Made by a program: the position numbers and the translations under genes. A stretch of DNA of 64,000 bases, taken from positions 41,833 through 105,832 of IMG/VR virus record IMGVR_UViG_3300010371_000030; one strand, written 5' to 3'. Under the pieces are notes generated by a model that was not told the DNA's origin, ran no database searches, and saw only the letters and a list, made by a program, of their open reading frames with translations. Origin of the DNA: a virus. Shown here piece after piece: positions 20,854-31,010 of this stretch. Position 1 is the stretch's first letter, and every line of letters starts with the position of its first letter.

Positions 20854-22059
20854 CTACAGGTTGAGACCGATGTTGTGCCCGTAGGCCACGGCGTCGACTT
20901 CCTCCAGCTGGACGTCGACCTTGGTGGTGATGGCGTACTGGTTCACGCCCTTGAAGATGTCGCGATCCTTCTCGATGCGGACGTCGCGACCGATGCCGAT
21001 GATCATGTTGTCCTTGTGGGTCAGCATGATCGTCGGGTTGGACTGGTAGGTGACCTTGACGGTCGCCCCGCTGCTGATGCCGCCGCCGACGCGCGTGATG
21101 CCGCCGCCGCTGTAGTCCACCGTGTAGTCGGTGTTCTCCACGTACGGCGTGACGGGCGTGTTCCCGAGCGTCACGGGGGTGACGACCACGTTGGTCACGG
21201 GCCCGTGGAGGAGCGACGTCTTGGTGGTGCCGGTGAGGACGATGTGCTCCACGACGATGGGCTGGAGCGCCCAGAGCGGGACGGGCACCGCCTTGATCCC
21301 GAACGGGCCCTGGAGCTGATCGGGCGTCTGGGTGGCCGCGTCGTCACCGAGCTTGCCGATGCGCGTGGCCATCTTCTCCTGGAACATCTGCCACAGGTCC
21401 GGGCTGAGGAACCAGCGCAGGTCCTGGAGGCGCCGACGGAACTTGATCGGCAGAGCGCGCATGATCTTGCCGAACACGCTCAGACCGATGTTCTGCCCCT
21501 GGAGGTCCACGACGTGGCCGGTCATGCCCAGCTTCTGCCAACCGTCGACCAGCGCCACGAAGGTGTCCTTGATGTAGCGCGTGCTGTCGCCGCCGTCGAT
21601 GAGGTCGGACTCCAGGCGAGCGGGACCGAGCTTGTTGCCGGTGATGTACTGCTCCTCCAGGTCGTTGCCCGTCTGGGTCGCCATGAGGCGCACGATGGTG
21701 TCTTCGACATCGCGCCCCTCGATGTTGATCTCCGCGAAGATGTCGCTGATCTCGAAAGGCGTCATGACCTCGTGCGGCTGGAGGGTCACCTTGGAGGTGG
21801 TGACGCCGCGACGGCGGCGCGGATCGGTCGCCTCCGACTTGGCCATGGCCGCGCGCTTCCCGACGCCGATCTTGTCGATCTCCAACGTCTCGTTGGTGAA
21901 GCGCACCACGCGAGCGTTGTTGCGAAGGATGGTGATGTCGATGACGTAATCGATGAACTTGTTCGACTGCGCCGGGTTGAGCTTGCCTGCCGTGGCCAGC
22001 GCGTCGGTGGTGACCACCGCCTTGTTGACCAACTCTTCGTTCGTGACGCCCGTGCTCAT
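20854..22059 (-). CDS. Major capsid protein (HK97 fold, XkdG/P2-like)
   Basis: GKLNPAQSNKFID, EIDKIG, NIEGRDVEDTI, DVQLEEVDAVA; AGGAGAG RBS. Confidence 0.9.
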   Translation of the reverse strand: MSTGVTNEELVNKAVVTTDALATAGKLNPAQSNKFIDYVIDITILRNNARVVRFTNETLEIDKIGVGKRAAMAKSEATDPRRRRGVTTSKVTLQPHEVMTPFEISDIFAEINIEGRDVEDTIVRLMATQTGNDLEEQYITGNKLGPARLESDLIDGGDSTRYIKDTFVALVDGWQKLGMTGHVVDLQGQNIGLSVFGKIMRALPIKFRRRLQDLRWFLSPDLWQMFQEKMATRIGKLGDDAATQTPDQLQGPFGIKAVPVPLWALQPIVVEHIVLTGTTKTSLLHGPVTNVVVTPVTLGNTPVTPYVENTDYTVDYSGGGITRVGGGISSGATVKVTYQSNPTIMLTHKDNMIIGIGRDVRIEKDRDIFKGVNQYAITTKVDVQLEEVDAVAYGHNIGLNL

Positions 22060-22114
22060 GATCGGTCTCTCCTCTTGGTCTATCGTCCTGTGTCCGCTGC
22101 CCCTGGTCGCCTGG

Positions 22115-23074
22115 TTACAGGACGCCGTTCCAGAGGGACTTCTTCACCGGCGTGGCGCCGCCCTCGCCTCCGCCCTCGGAGTTGCCGGCGGGGCGCGCCT
22201 TCTTGACGTCGGCCACCTCGCCTTCGATCTTGGCGAAGCGCGGCTCCAGCCCCTTGGCGACCGCCGCGGCGATGTCCTCGACGGTGAGGCTCTTGGACAC
22301 CTCCATGCCGCCCGGAGCCGGCTTGATCTCGCTGGGGGTCGACACCGAGGTGGCATTGGGCAAGTTCTTGCCCGGACCGCCCGCGATGGGGTGGTCGCTG
22401 TCCGGGGCGACGTCGCCCACCAGCTCGTCCAGGAGCCCCTTGAGCGCCTTGAGCTTGCCCACGCGCTCGGGCGTCATGTGCTTGGCCTTGACGATGAGCG
22501 CAGCGAGACCATCCATGGTGAGCGGCGCGTCGCCCTCGTCGCCCTTCTTGGTCTTGGCCTCTTTGGTGTCCTTGTTCTTGGCGCCGTCCACGTCGGTCGC
22601 CGCGCCGCCCGGCCCGGAGCCCGCGTTGGGCTTCTTGTTCGGCTTGGGCGCGGTCTCCTCGTCCGTCTCGTTGGGCGACACGAGCTTCATCGTGAGGTCC
22701 ACGCCGGACTTCTTGGCCTTCTCCTCCATGTCCTTCATCTGCTCGTCGGACATGCCCGCGGCCTTGAGGAACGCCTTGAGCGTCGTGCCCTTGGACTTGT
22801 CGACGTTGACCGTGTCCGGAGGCGAGACGCCGGCCAGCGCCGCGACGTTGGCGACGATGGCGGTGACCTCCTTGAGGATGTCGACCGTTGCATCGCCACC
22901 GCCTGCCGCCTTGACCACGACCTTCTCCGTGCCCTGTTCCTGGGTGCCCATCTCTGCCTCCGTCTGGCCCTTGTCTTTGGTGACGAGCCATTCCTGTTCA
23001 TTGGCTGGCTCGCCAACCAGGCTCACCTCGCCCACCGCGAGCTTCAAGAATCGCCTGGCTGCTTTCTCGCTCAT
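22115..23074 (-). CDS. Scaffold-like protein carrying an N-terminal protease strand motif
   Basis: N-terminal EVSLVGEPAN; charged low-complexity body; C-terminal KSLWNGVL; directly upstream of the MCP. Confidence 0.7.
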   Translation of the reverse strand: MSEKAARRFLKLAVGEVSLVGEPANEQEWLVTKDKGQTEAEMGTQEQGTEKVVVKAAGGGDATVDILKEVTAIVANVAALAGVSPPDTVNVDKSKGTTLKAFLKAAGMSDEQMKDMEEKAKKSGVDLTMKLVSPNETDEETAPKPNKKPNAGSGPGGAATDVDGAKNKDTKEAKTKKGDEGDAPLTMDGLAALIVKAKHMTPERVGKLKALKGLLDELVGDVAPDSDHPIAGGPGKNLPNATSVSTPSEIKPAPGGMEVSKSLTVEDIAAAVAKGLEPRFAKIEGEVADVKKARPAGNSEGGGEGGATPVKKSLWNGVL

Positions 23075-23901
23075 AGAAGTTGCGTCCCGTTGGTGCCCGC
23101 GTTGGATGCATCGGCGGGCAGCTTCTTGACCGTCGCCTTACCACCGATGCTGAAGCCCTTGATCTTGCCAGCCTTGACCAGTTTCCACACCGCGGCGTCG
23201 AGCACCTTGACCGTCATGATCCAGGAGCCAGCCTTGATCTGTGTCGTTCCGATGGTCAGGTCCAGAGGTGCGATCCAACTCTCCACGAGCGCGAATCGCC
23301 CCTGCCAATTCTTGAAGTCCTTGTGCTGGAAGCCGAGTTTGGTGACGACGTTGTAGCCCGCCACGAAGGCATGGGCCGCCTCCTGGATGACATCCGCGTC
23401 ATAGATGTCAGCTTGGGCGTCGGTTTTCTCCGGGGCGAGGACCAGCCCCGTGACCAGCTGTTTTTCGTCGTTGGACTTGATGATACTGACGTCCAGAACG
23501 ACATCCACGCTCTTAGTTGTGGCAGCCTCGCTCTCCCGGATGGCGTTCTCCTGGTCGATGGCGCCTTGTTTGGAGTCGTGCTTGCCGAGCACGCGCGAAC
23601 CGTCTTGGGTGTACAGCACCCACTTGTCGCCTTCGTGCTTGATGTGCTTGGTCACCGCGTCGGCGCCGTCGTCGGCCGGCTCGCCCCATGGCTCGTCGCA
23701 CTTACACGTCCCCGCATCGGACTTGGCACAGTCGCACTTCTTGGTCGGCGGGTTGACCCCGGAGGCGCCCATGCCCTGCTTGGGCAGCAGCTTGCCAGCC
23801 TCGGCCAGCGAATCCGACGTGGCTCCACCGCCCTTCGTGATATCCACGATGCGTAGGAGTCCGCCGACGATGTTCTGGTACAGGGTTTCCGCCGTCTCCA
23901 C
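23071..23901 (-). CDS. XkdF-like prohead serine protease
   Basis: KQLVTGLVLAP, DAQAD, FQH, VESWIAP, GSW, VKAGKIKGFSIGG. Confidence 0.85.
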   Translation of the reverse strand: METAETLYQNIVGGLLRIVDITKGGGATSDSLAEAGKLLPKQGMGASGVNPPTKKCDCAKSDAGTCKCDEPWGEPADDGADAVTKHIKHEGDKWVLYTQDGSRVLGKHDSKQGAIDQENAIRESEAATTKSVDVVLDVSIIKSNDEKQLVTGLVLAPEKTDAQADIYDADVIQEAAHAFVAGYNVVTKLGFQHKDFKNWQGRFALVESWIAPLDLTIGTTQIKAGSWIMTVKVLDAAVWKLVKAGKIKGFSIGGKATVKKLPADASNAGTNGTQLL

Positions 23902-23935
23902 GAGATGGAGGATACGGCGATGTGGTAGCAGACAC

Positions 23936-25015
23936 CTAGTCGTCGGCCAGATCTGCGTACGTCGTATCAGAGGCGATGTCCACGGTCGACCGGCAGCGGA
24001 AGTGGTACGGTGGAAGTGCCAACCCTTTGTCCGCCAACGCCTTGGACCCGCCCTTGGCCCGGATGGCGCTCATCTTCGCGCTTGATACCCACGGATGGGC
24101 GGCGCGTACTTCGTCGGGCGTCTTGGCCGCTCGGAGCGCCGCCATCTGATTCACACCATCCTGGACGGCGAACGTCGTGCCATTCATGTCCTCACAGAAT
24201 GGCGTCGTGCGACTGTCCATTGGGTTGACAATCTCATACGTCGTCACCTTGATACGTGCGAACGATTCCAGCTGCCCCTGAACACGAGCGTTCGTAACAG
24301 AGTTGGCCGCCAACCCCTCAAAGTAATCCTCGTCTGTACCGCGCCAGCCACCGGGAGCGAAGACACCCTTGAGCTTCTGCTCCACGATGTCTTGAACCAG
24401 CTTACCGGCCGCCTGCCTTCCAAGTCCTTCCAGGAGGGCTTCGCCCACGCCTTCCTTGATGGCCGCGGCGACGTTCTCACCGTAATGCTCGCCAATCCAG
24501 AGCATCTCCTGATTCTGTAGAGCCTCGATGGCGCGCTTGTCTTGGAGATCAAACGACATCTCCAGATTGGCGTCCGGCAACGGCTTCTTGGCCGCTTTAG
24601 CCACCTTGGTCTCGGGCAGAACGTACTGGAGGGAGGCGGACGTCTTGCCCGTGGCCTTCTTGAATCCGGCGATGCGGGCAAGTCTGTACGTCTTGGCGAG
24701 CGACTGTACGTACACCTCCTGTACGTCGCGCGGCCACTTGTCCATCACGGCGTTCACCCGTGACGATGCTTGCGCCCGGGAGCCTCCGCCGATGATGACA
24801 GACTTCGCGGCCAGCGCGGCTTCCTTGGAACGGATTCGCCACTTGGCGAGCAGATACTCACGAAGGCGTTGTTCACCACGAGCGATTCGGGCCACCTCCG
24901 AGATGGCCAGCGCCTTGGCGACCAGCTCGTCTGATCGCTCCACATAGGCGTGTACGATGTCGATGTGCTTGGAACCGCACTCGCACACCAAACGTTCGCG
25001 CACATCCATGGTCAT
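23936..25015 (-). CDS. Mu gpF / SPP1 gp7-like minor head protein
   Basis: DSRTTPFCEDMNG and PPYHFRCRS motifs; follows the portal. Confidence 0.88.
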   Translation of the reverse strand: MTMDVRERLVCECGSKHIDIVHAYVERSDELVAKALAISEVARIARGEQRLREYLLAKWRIRSKEAALAAKSVIIGGGSRAQASSRVNAVMDKWPRDVQEVYVQSLAKTYRLARIAGFKKATGKTSASLQYVLPETKVAKAAKKPLPDANLEMSFDLQDKRAIEALQNQEMLWIGEHYGENVAAAIKEGVGEALLEGLGRQAAGKLVQDIVEQKLKGVFAPGGWRGTDEDYFEGLAANSVTNARVQGQLESFARIKVTTYEIVNPMDSRTTPFCEDMNGTTFAVQDGVNQMAALRAAKTPDEVRAAHPWVSSAKMSAIRAKGGSKALADKGLALPPYHFRCRSTVDIASDTTYADLADD

Positions 25016-26931
25016 GCCGCCTTGGCTTGCCTACGAAACAGATCTTCCACCACGCCCTGGAGCGTCAGAAGCTTCTTGGCAACAGACACGTTGTCTTCGT
25101 CGTCGCCGATGACCAACGACAGATCGTCGCCCAGAATCCCCAGCGCCTTCAGCGCGGTGACTTGTTGCCCAGGCTCTGAAGGATCAGCTTCGTTCTTGAC
25201 CGCCTGTGCCATAGTGAGACTGAACGGAACATCGGCCGGGAAGGCATCCGGGAACGGCGGAAGGTCCTGCCCCAGAATCTCTTCCAGCGCCTGACGGGCG
25301 ATACGGGGCGTCATGCCGCCGGTCTTCTCGGCGCCAGCCACGATCTTCACGAGCGCCATGTTGTCGGTCGTGTTGGGCGTGTTCGACTTGAACTGATGGA
25401 AGACCACGCCCATCTCCGGGAAGATGTCCCGGTTCATCATGTCGTCGATGAGCGCGCGCTCCGGCGAGAACACCTGCTCATCGCCCAGCGAGCGCGACGC
25501 CTGGATGGTCGCATAGCTGTAGTCCTGGCTCACGCCGATGAACGCCGGAGGGAGCCGGAACGCCCGGCGAACGCGCTCCGCGTTCTTTTCACGGTACGTG
25601 GTGAATAGCTCATCCGTGCGTTGCGTCTTGACCAGTTCTTTGGCGTCGATCTTCACCTGCCCACCGTCCACGCCGGTGTCCGTCTCGAATGGCTCGCCCT
25701 CCATGATGATGAACTTGGAGTAATTGTCGCTGCCCTGGATGTTCGAGTCGGTGAACGACATCAGGCGATCGATGGTGCCCTGTGTCAGCACGCCGTTGGA
25801 CACCATGATGAGCATCGACGGGATGTTGTTGTTCCTGAACGTGACGTAATTGATCTCCTCGGCCGCCCGGTCGCCAAAGATGGAGAGCAGGTTGCCGATG
25901 TATCGAGGGAGACCATACGGTGTACGGGCGCTGTACAACTTCAGATGGATGATCTCGGTGGCGGGCTTGCGCCCCGCCGGCAGCGGAGGGTACTTGTCGC
26001 CCTTCGGGTCCATGGTTCCATCGGGCCATTTGGCAAACTCGCCCGTCTCACGGTCCATGTTCCTCGGATCCAGGTGCTCCTTGAACCACCTGATCCGGTA
26101 TCCCATCGTCGTGAAGCGCAGGTTAGACGCGGGCCAGACGGCGCGCGTCTGCACGAACGGCCGAAAGCGCCGCCACTCCTTGCGCTTCTTTGCCACCACG
26201 CTGCCATCGAGCTGCAGCTCCAACACAGGACGGTCCACCAGCATCTCATCGAGGTCCAGAATGCCCATCCTCATCTGATACGACGGGATGTGTACGAATC
26301 CGACGATGTTGCCATCAACGTCCCGCAGAACTTCGATGTAGGCGTTGCCCGTCGCTTCCAAGTCGCGCCGGACGCGGCGGCGAAACGCGGTGAATGACTC
26401 CCGCGTGGCGTACGTGAAGAAGTTGGTGAGCATGACGCGCTCGGCATCCGCCTGCTTGCCCAGGTCGCCCGCGCCTTCCGCGTTGCCTTTCGCGTCCATC
26501 TTCAGACGCGACACGTAGCGATGCCCCGTCGCTTCGCAGTTGACCTCCATCGCCTCGATACACTGTCCCAGCTCGGAGTTGTGCTCCACGAGCATAGTCA
26601 GCGTCAGCATGTCAAACGGAGGCTCGATGATCTTGCCGTTGAGAGCCAGTCCGCTCCAAGGATCTTCGGGCAGCACGTTGGACGGCTCCGGGGTGGCCGC
26701 CTTGGTGACGCTCGTCTCCTCCACCATCGAGCGCTCGGCATCGGAGCCCGCCCCGCCCGGCTTACGCTTGACGACATCGATGATCCGAACGCGCACTTGG
26801 CGCACCGCGTCCTGATTGGTCGCGTTGGCCCGAAGAGTTGGACCGCTCGTTTGACCCGGCACCTCCAGGTCAATCGTTTTGTCCTTGATGACCGTAGTCT
26901 CGCTGGCGCCCTTGCTCTTGTCGTCGCTCAT
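25012..26931 (-). CDS. Portal protein (PBSX/XkdE-like)
   Basis: DLEATGNAYIEV, EIIH, YGLPRY, FRNNNIP, AFRLPP motifs; follows TerL. Confidence 0.92.
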   Translation of the reverse strand: MSDDKSKGASETTVIKDKTIDLEVPGQTSGPTLRANATNQDAVRQVRVRIIDVVKRKPGGAGSDAERSMVEETSVTKAATPEPSNVLPEDPWSGLALNGKIIEPPFDMLTLTMLVEHNSELGQCIEAMEVNCEATGHRYVSRLKMDAKGNAEGAGDLGKQADAERVMLTNFFTYATRESFTAFRRRVRRDLEATGNAYIEVLRDVDGNIVGFVHIPSYQMRMGILDLDEMLVDRPVLELQLDGSVVAKKRKEWRRFRPFVQTRAVWPASNLRFTTMGYRIRWFKEHLDPRNMDRETGEFAKWPDGTMDPKGDKYPPLPAGRKPATEIIHLKLYSARTPYGLPRYIGNLLSIFGDRAAEEINYVTFRNNNIPSMLIMVSNGVLTQGTIDRLMSFTDSNIQGSDNYSKFIIMEGEPFETDTGVDGGQVKIDAKELVKTQRTDELFTTYREKNAERVRRAFRLPPAFIGVSQDYSYATIQASRSLGDEQVFSPERALIDDMMNRDIFPEMGVVFHQFKSNTPNTTDNMALVKIVAGAEKTGGMTPRIARQALEEILGQDLPPFPDAFPADVPFSLTMAQAVKNEADPSEPGQQVTALKALGILGDDLSLVIGDDEDNVSVAKKLLTLQGVVEDLFRRQAKAA

Positions 26932-28412
26932 CAGATCAACCCCGGCTCTTTGTCCCTTGTTCGACGTCGCTTGCCGAGCTTACTAGCCAGCACGGCCAAG
27001 TCAAAAGCGTCGAACAGATCATCGTGTTGATGATTTGGGAAGAGCACGAGGTGTTCGATCAGGAGCAACTGTGACTCCCTGAAAAACATCTTCTTTTCCT
27101 CGAACAGCGAGGACAGCTTCCAAGCCCGAGTCACCTTGTCCTTGTCGGTGATAACCGGGCGAAGCCTGATGTCTGGGTCGGTGTCCTTGAGCGTTTGGTA
27201 TTGGGCCGCTTGATACGCGTTGGTCTCAATCGCGATACGGATTGGGTCCCAACGCTTCGCATACTCCTTGATCTTGGCCGTTTGGGCGCCGAACCTCAGT
27301 TGGTCCTCGTAATGGTCCAAGACATAGAACGCAGTGCGGTCCTTGTTGACGCCAATCACCACGATGGCGAACTTGTCGTTGGTTTCATCTTCTCCAATCG
27401 CCAAGTCGACGCCCATGAACACCTGAAGTCCCTGGGCGTCAGGCCATTCCGTGTCGGGAACGCGCTGGCAATCGTCGTACTGGAAGATTTCACCCTTCAT
27501 GGCGTCAGTATCATTCTGATACTGGGCGTTGAAGATGATCAGGCCGCTCTTCTCTCGCTTCGCCGTGAACCACTTGGGCGGATACTTCTCGGGCCACGGC
27601 GACCGACCGAGTTCATCCAGCGCCTTGATGATATGCACGTGGTTCTTGAGCTCGTGAGAGATCAAGTGCCCATAGTAGTCCAGGTGGTGATAACGCGTCC
27701 CAAGCCGATGACGCTCACCGCGGTGCGGCACCTTCGGGTCAGGCGGCTCCAGCGTCGGGTCCAGCGTGGTATACGCCCAAGACACCAGCTTGTCGCGCTG
27801 GTGCTGCGTACGGCTGTTCTCCTCATCGACAATGTCATCCTCGATGATGACATCGTAATGCTTGGACACGATGGTTCCGTCAGCCCCGACGCACGTGATG
27901 GAAGCCTCCTTGTTAGGGCTCCGCCGGGGCAGGACCTCAATCTCACGATTGTCCCACTTGGTGACCTTGCGAGCATCGTAGTACTGGCCGAACACCTCGG
28001 CCAGACGTTCGTTCTGCTCAAAGTGTTTCTTGATACCACGCAAGAATCCCTCCGCGTTCTGCGCCGTCTTGGAGGCGATCAGGATACGCAGGTTTGGATC
28101 CTTGAGAAGTAGATGAATACACTTCGTTTCCGTACAGAGCGTGGACTTGCCCGCTCCTCGGAAGATCAGCTGTAGGTTGTCGGGGTGGGCGAACTGCCAC
28201 TTGAGCATGGCCACGTGGAACGGCATCACCGTCAGGCCAAGCACCGCCGCCGCCAGGATATCAATGCGATTGTTCTGGATGACTTGCCGTCGAATCCACT
28301 CGTTGTTCATCGAGCGGCAACGGCGGTAATACTCCACCAGTTCGCCGTGGTCGGCTACTGCCAGCGCGCTGGCAGATAGCATGCCCGGCGAGGCGGCCTT
28401 GGCCGGGACCAT
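26931..28412 (-). CDS. terL: Terminase large subunit
   Basis: Walker A RGAGKST, Walker B IIEDD, GTRYH, nuclease GVDLA, HDDLFDA. Confidence 0.95.
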   Translation of the reverse strand: MVPAKAASPGMLSASALAVADHGELVEYYRRCRSMNNEWIRRQVIQNNRIDILAAAVLGLTVMPFHVAMLKWQFAHPDNLQLIFRGAGKSTLCTETKCIHLLLKDPNLRILIASKTAQNAEGFLRGIKKHFEQNERLAEVFGQYYDARKVTKWDNREIEVLPRRSPNKEASITCVGADGTIVSKHYDVIIEDDIVDEENSRTQHQRDKLVSWAYTTLDPTLEPPDPKVPHRGERHRLGTRYHHLDYYGHLISHELKNHVHIIKALDELGRSPWPEKYPPKWFTAKREKSGLIIFNAQYQNDTDAMKGEIFQYDDCQRVPDTEWPDAQGLQVFMGVDLAIGEDETNDKFAIVVIGVNKDRTAFYVLDHYEDQLRFGAQTAKIKEYAKRWDPIRIAIETNAYQAAQYQTLKDTDPDIRLRPVITDKDKVTRAWKLSSLFEEKKMFFRESQLLLIEHLVLFPNHQHDDLFDAFDLAVLASKLGKRRRTRDKEPGLI

Positions 28413-28421
28413 GGCCGACGC

Positions 28422-28853
28422 TCAGGCCGTCTCGACGGCGTGGGAAGCGCTGACGAAGAAAGCCACGCCCTGACCGGACGAAGGCGCGTTCTTGAGCAGG
28501 ACGATGAAAGGCATCTCGTCCATCTCCACGTTGATCTGGAAAGCCTTGCCGGCCCCCGCGCCCGGATCGCCCTGCGCGTCCCAGCTGCTGTTCAGCACGT
28601 ACAGCTTGGCGTACGGATTCCAGACGTAGATGTCGAAGGCGCCATCGCTGTTTCCGAGCCCGACTGGAACGCTCGGCCAGTCGGACGGATCGGGCGGCGG
28701 ATCGTCGGTGTTGATCGGGATGGCTTGGATGGTGGCGTAACGGAAGCCCACCATGTTGACGGCCAGCGTGTTGTCCGTGAAGGTGGTGGGATCATCCGCG
28801 GCGGTCGCCACGCGATGAAGGGACAGCGTGCCTTTGGTTGCCGGACTCTGCAT
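28422..28853 (-). CDS. Hypothetical beta-rich protein, possibly structural
   Basis: 143 aa, GAGGG RBS. Confidence 0.6.
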   Translation of the reverse strand: MQSPATKGTLSLHRVATAADDPTTFTDNTLAVNMVGFRYATIQAIPINTDDPPPDPSDWPSVPVGLGNSDGAFDIYVWNPYAKLYVLNSSWDAQGDPGAGAGKAFQINVEMDEMPFIVLLKNAPSSGQGVAFFVSASHAVETA

Positions 28854-28915
28854 GGTTCCCTCGCGTCCAGAGGAGTCGGGCGCTGGCCCGTCGCCAGCGC
28901 CCTACCAGCCGCCGC

Positions 28916-29251
28916 TCACTCCTCGGCCCACCAGTAGACGACGTGGTTGGAGCCCGGGTTGAGGTCGCTGTCGGTGCCGACCACGAACTGATCGTTGACG
29001 CCGGGCGACGGCGACGCGCTCTGGCTCGCCGACACCGTGATGCCGGAAGCACCCGTGATGACCGAGCCCGTGCCGCCCGCGGTGCGCTTGAAGGTGGTGT
29101 TGGTGGACGACATCGCGTCCTGGTATTCGCCCTCCGCTCCGGTGTCGACCTTCAGCGTGACCCTGGTCGCCGGGAAGCCCAGCTGGACCGTTCGCGCCGT
29201 CCCGTCGCTCTGGAAAGACCCCGACAGTGCCTGCCTGTATCCGCTCGCCAT
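28916..29251 (-). CDS. Small beta-rich putative virion (decoration/fibre-like) protein
   Basis: GSFQSDGTARTVQLGF pattern; GGAG RBS. Confidence 0.55.
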   Translation of the reverse strand: MASGYRQALSGSFQSDGTARTVQLGFPATRVTLKVDTGAEGEYQDAMSSTNTTFKRTAGGTGSVITGASGITVSASQSASPSPGVNDQFVVGTDSDLNPGSNHVVYWWAEE

Positions 29252-29325
29252 GTGCGCTCTCCGTTGTCGATGCGGCCTTGCCGCTGCTTTCGACTTCAGA
29301 GCCTACGCCGGAGCGGCCGGGGTGC

Positions 29326-30054
29326 CTAGCGCGCTGGCTTGACGGGCGGCTTGGGCGCCGGCTTGGCTGGCATAGCCGTCGCCTTCTTGCGCACGACGAT
29401 TGGCGCCTTGGCGACGGGCGGAGGGGGCGGCGCGGGCTCGGGCTCCTCCACGGCCAGAAGGGCTTCGTCATCCTCTTCCACGGCGTCGATCAAGCCAGGG
29501 CCGCGGTGGAGCGGTCCAGTCTCGACTCTGGACATGTCCACGTCACCGAACTTGGACATCAGTTCCGCTGTACTGCCGGTCATCTCGGCAATCTCTTTGC
29601 GCAGCTCATCGTCGGTCAGGCCTGCCACGCCTTTGGTTCCAACGGTAGTATCGGTTGGAGCGGAGCCTTGCTGTGTCTTGCGGAAGATACCCAGGTCAAA
29701 ACCACGCTCCAGCACGCGGTCCGTAATGTCCACACGAAGTCGAATGGCACCAACGAAAGCGTTGTAGTGCGCTTTGCCGCTACCGCCCGAGCTGGCCGGA
29801 TCCAGCTTGGTAAGCAGATTGTCCACCAACCTCAGGTTGTGCTTCTGATCGAGCAGGTACTCCACATACACGTGCTCGCGCGACTTGCCACGGAAGTCGG
29901 CCGCCTTGGCCTCCAGCATGAAGCGTTTAGCTTCCGCAAACGCTTCGGCATCCAGTCCCAGCGTCGCCATGATAACGTCGTCGGACTCGCCCGCGATCCA
30001 AGCCTCGATGATGGTAGCAGCCAGCTCCACCTTCTCTGCTTTGCTGAGCGCCAT
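29326..30054 (-). CDS. Putative terminase small subunit
   Basis: N-terminal HTH-like segment, helical core, LTDDELRKEI, position upstream of terL. Confidence 0.5.
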   Translation of the reverse strand: MALSKAEKVELAATIIEAWIAGESDDVIMATLGLDAEAFAEAKRFMLEAKAADFRGKSREHVYVEYLLDQKHNLRLVDNLLTKLDPASSGGSGKAHYNAFVGAIRLRVDITDRVLERGFDLGIFRKTQQGSAPTDTTVGTKGVAGLTDDELRKEIAEMTGSTAELMSKFGDVDMSRVETGPLHRGPGLIDAVEEDDEALLAVEEPEPAPPPPPVAKAPIVVRKKATAMPAKPAPKPPVKPAR

Positions 30055-30055
30055 T

Positions 30056-30550
30056 TCAATCCTCGGCCGCCTCGATGGCGAGATGTGGCGGAAGCGTCTG
30101 TGCGTCTGCCAAAGCCAAAAGCTGGTCCAACTCCGCGGGCTTCAGCTTGTATTGTTTGGCGGCCATCAGATTGCTCCCCGAAGTCAGAAGCATACGCTGA
30201 ACCCGTGCGGCCATCAGCGCCCGGCCATCCCGAATCGCTCGGGCCACCATCGACTCCGACAGTCCCAGATCATTAGCAATCTTCAGATTGGACTTGTCGG
30301 GATGCGCGCGTTTGACGGCATACACCTTGTCCCGAAGCGCCCGGGTGTACTTGGTCTCTCGCTGTGGTAGCACACGCCCTTTGGAAGCTAGAACATGTTT
30401 CCAAGTCAACCCGGCCGCTACCTTGTAGACCAGGTTGTATGGCTTTCGTAGCTCACGCGCCAAGTCGGCGGGCGTCCTGCCTTGCAAGACCGCCTGCTTG
30501 ATGTACTTGGCTTCGCGCTCGGTGATGTCGGCTTGAACTGGCGAAGGCAT
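30056..30550 (-). CDS. Multi-HTH DNA-binding protein
   Basis: TPADLARELRKPYNLVYKVAAGLTWKHV and SNLKIANDLGLSESMVARAI. Confidence 0.65.
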   Translation of the reverse strand: MPSPVQADITEREAKYIKQAVLQGRTPADLARELRKPYNLVYKVAAGLTWKHVLASKGRVLPQRETKYTRALRDKVYAVKRAHPDKSNLKIANDLGLSESMVARAIRDGRALMAARVQRMLLTSGSNLMAAKQYKLKPAELDQLLALADAQTLPPHLAIEAAED

Positions 30551-30566
30551 GACCCGTCCCGGAGCG

Positions 30567-31010
30567 TTACCGCCCCGCGGGCTCGGGCGATGGCTTGATC
30601 GAACGCTTGGCCGCGCGCACATGAGCACGTGCGGCGCGCTCCACGGAAACGACAGCCATCCGAAGGTCACCACGCTTGCGCTTCAGCTTGAAGCACGCAT
30701 CATAGATGAACAACGTGGCAGTCCACCGACGCTGCCCGACGGTACGGCACACCAGAAGCCGAAAGATGCCCCGTTGTGCGGCGTATTCCACGCCGGTGTC
30801 GTACACTCGCTCCTGGACCGGAGCGCCCAGGAACAAGAGCGGAGCGACTTGGTAGACCACGGACATGCCGCGGTAGCGCGGCATCCGAGACGCCATGTTC
30901 TTGGCTGCTCGCGCCGTAGACATCGTCACGTAGTACCCCGCCGCGTTCGCCGTGACGTCGAGCACCGCCCTGTTCCGCTTCAGCAACGCTCTCAGATCAT
31001 CGCCCAGCAT
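30567..31010 (-). CDS. Hypothetical protein
   Basis: 147 aa, GAGGG RBS. Confidence 0.55.
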   Translation of the reverse strand: MLGDDLRALLKRNRAVLDVTANAAGYYVTMSTARAAKNMASRMPRYRGMSVVYQVAPLLFLGAPVQERVYDTGVEYAAQRGIFRLLVCRTVGQRRWTATLFIYDACFKLKRKRGDLRMAVVSVERAARAHVRAAKRSIKPSPEPAGR

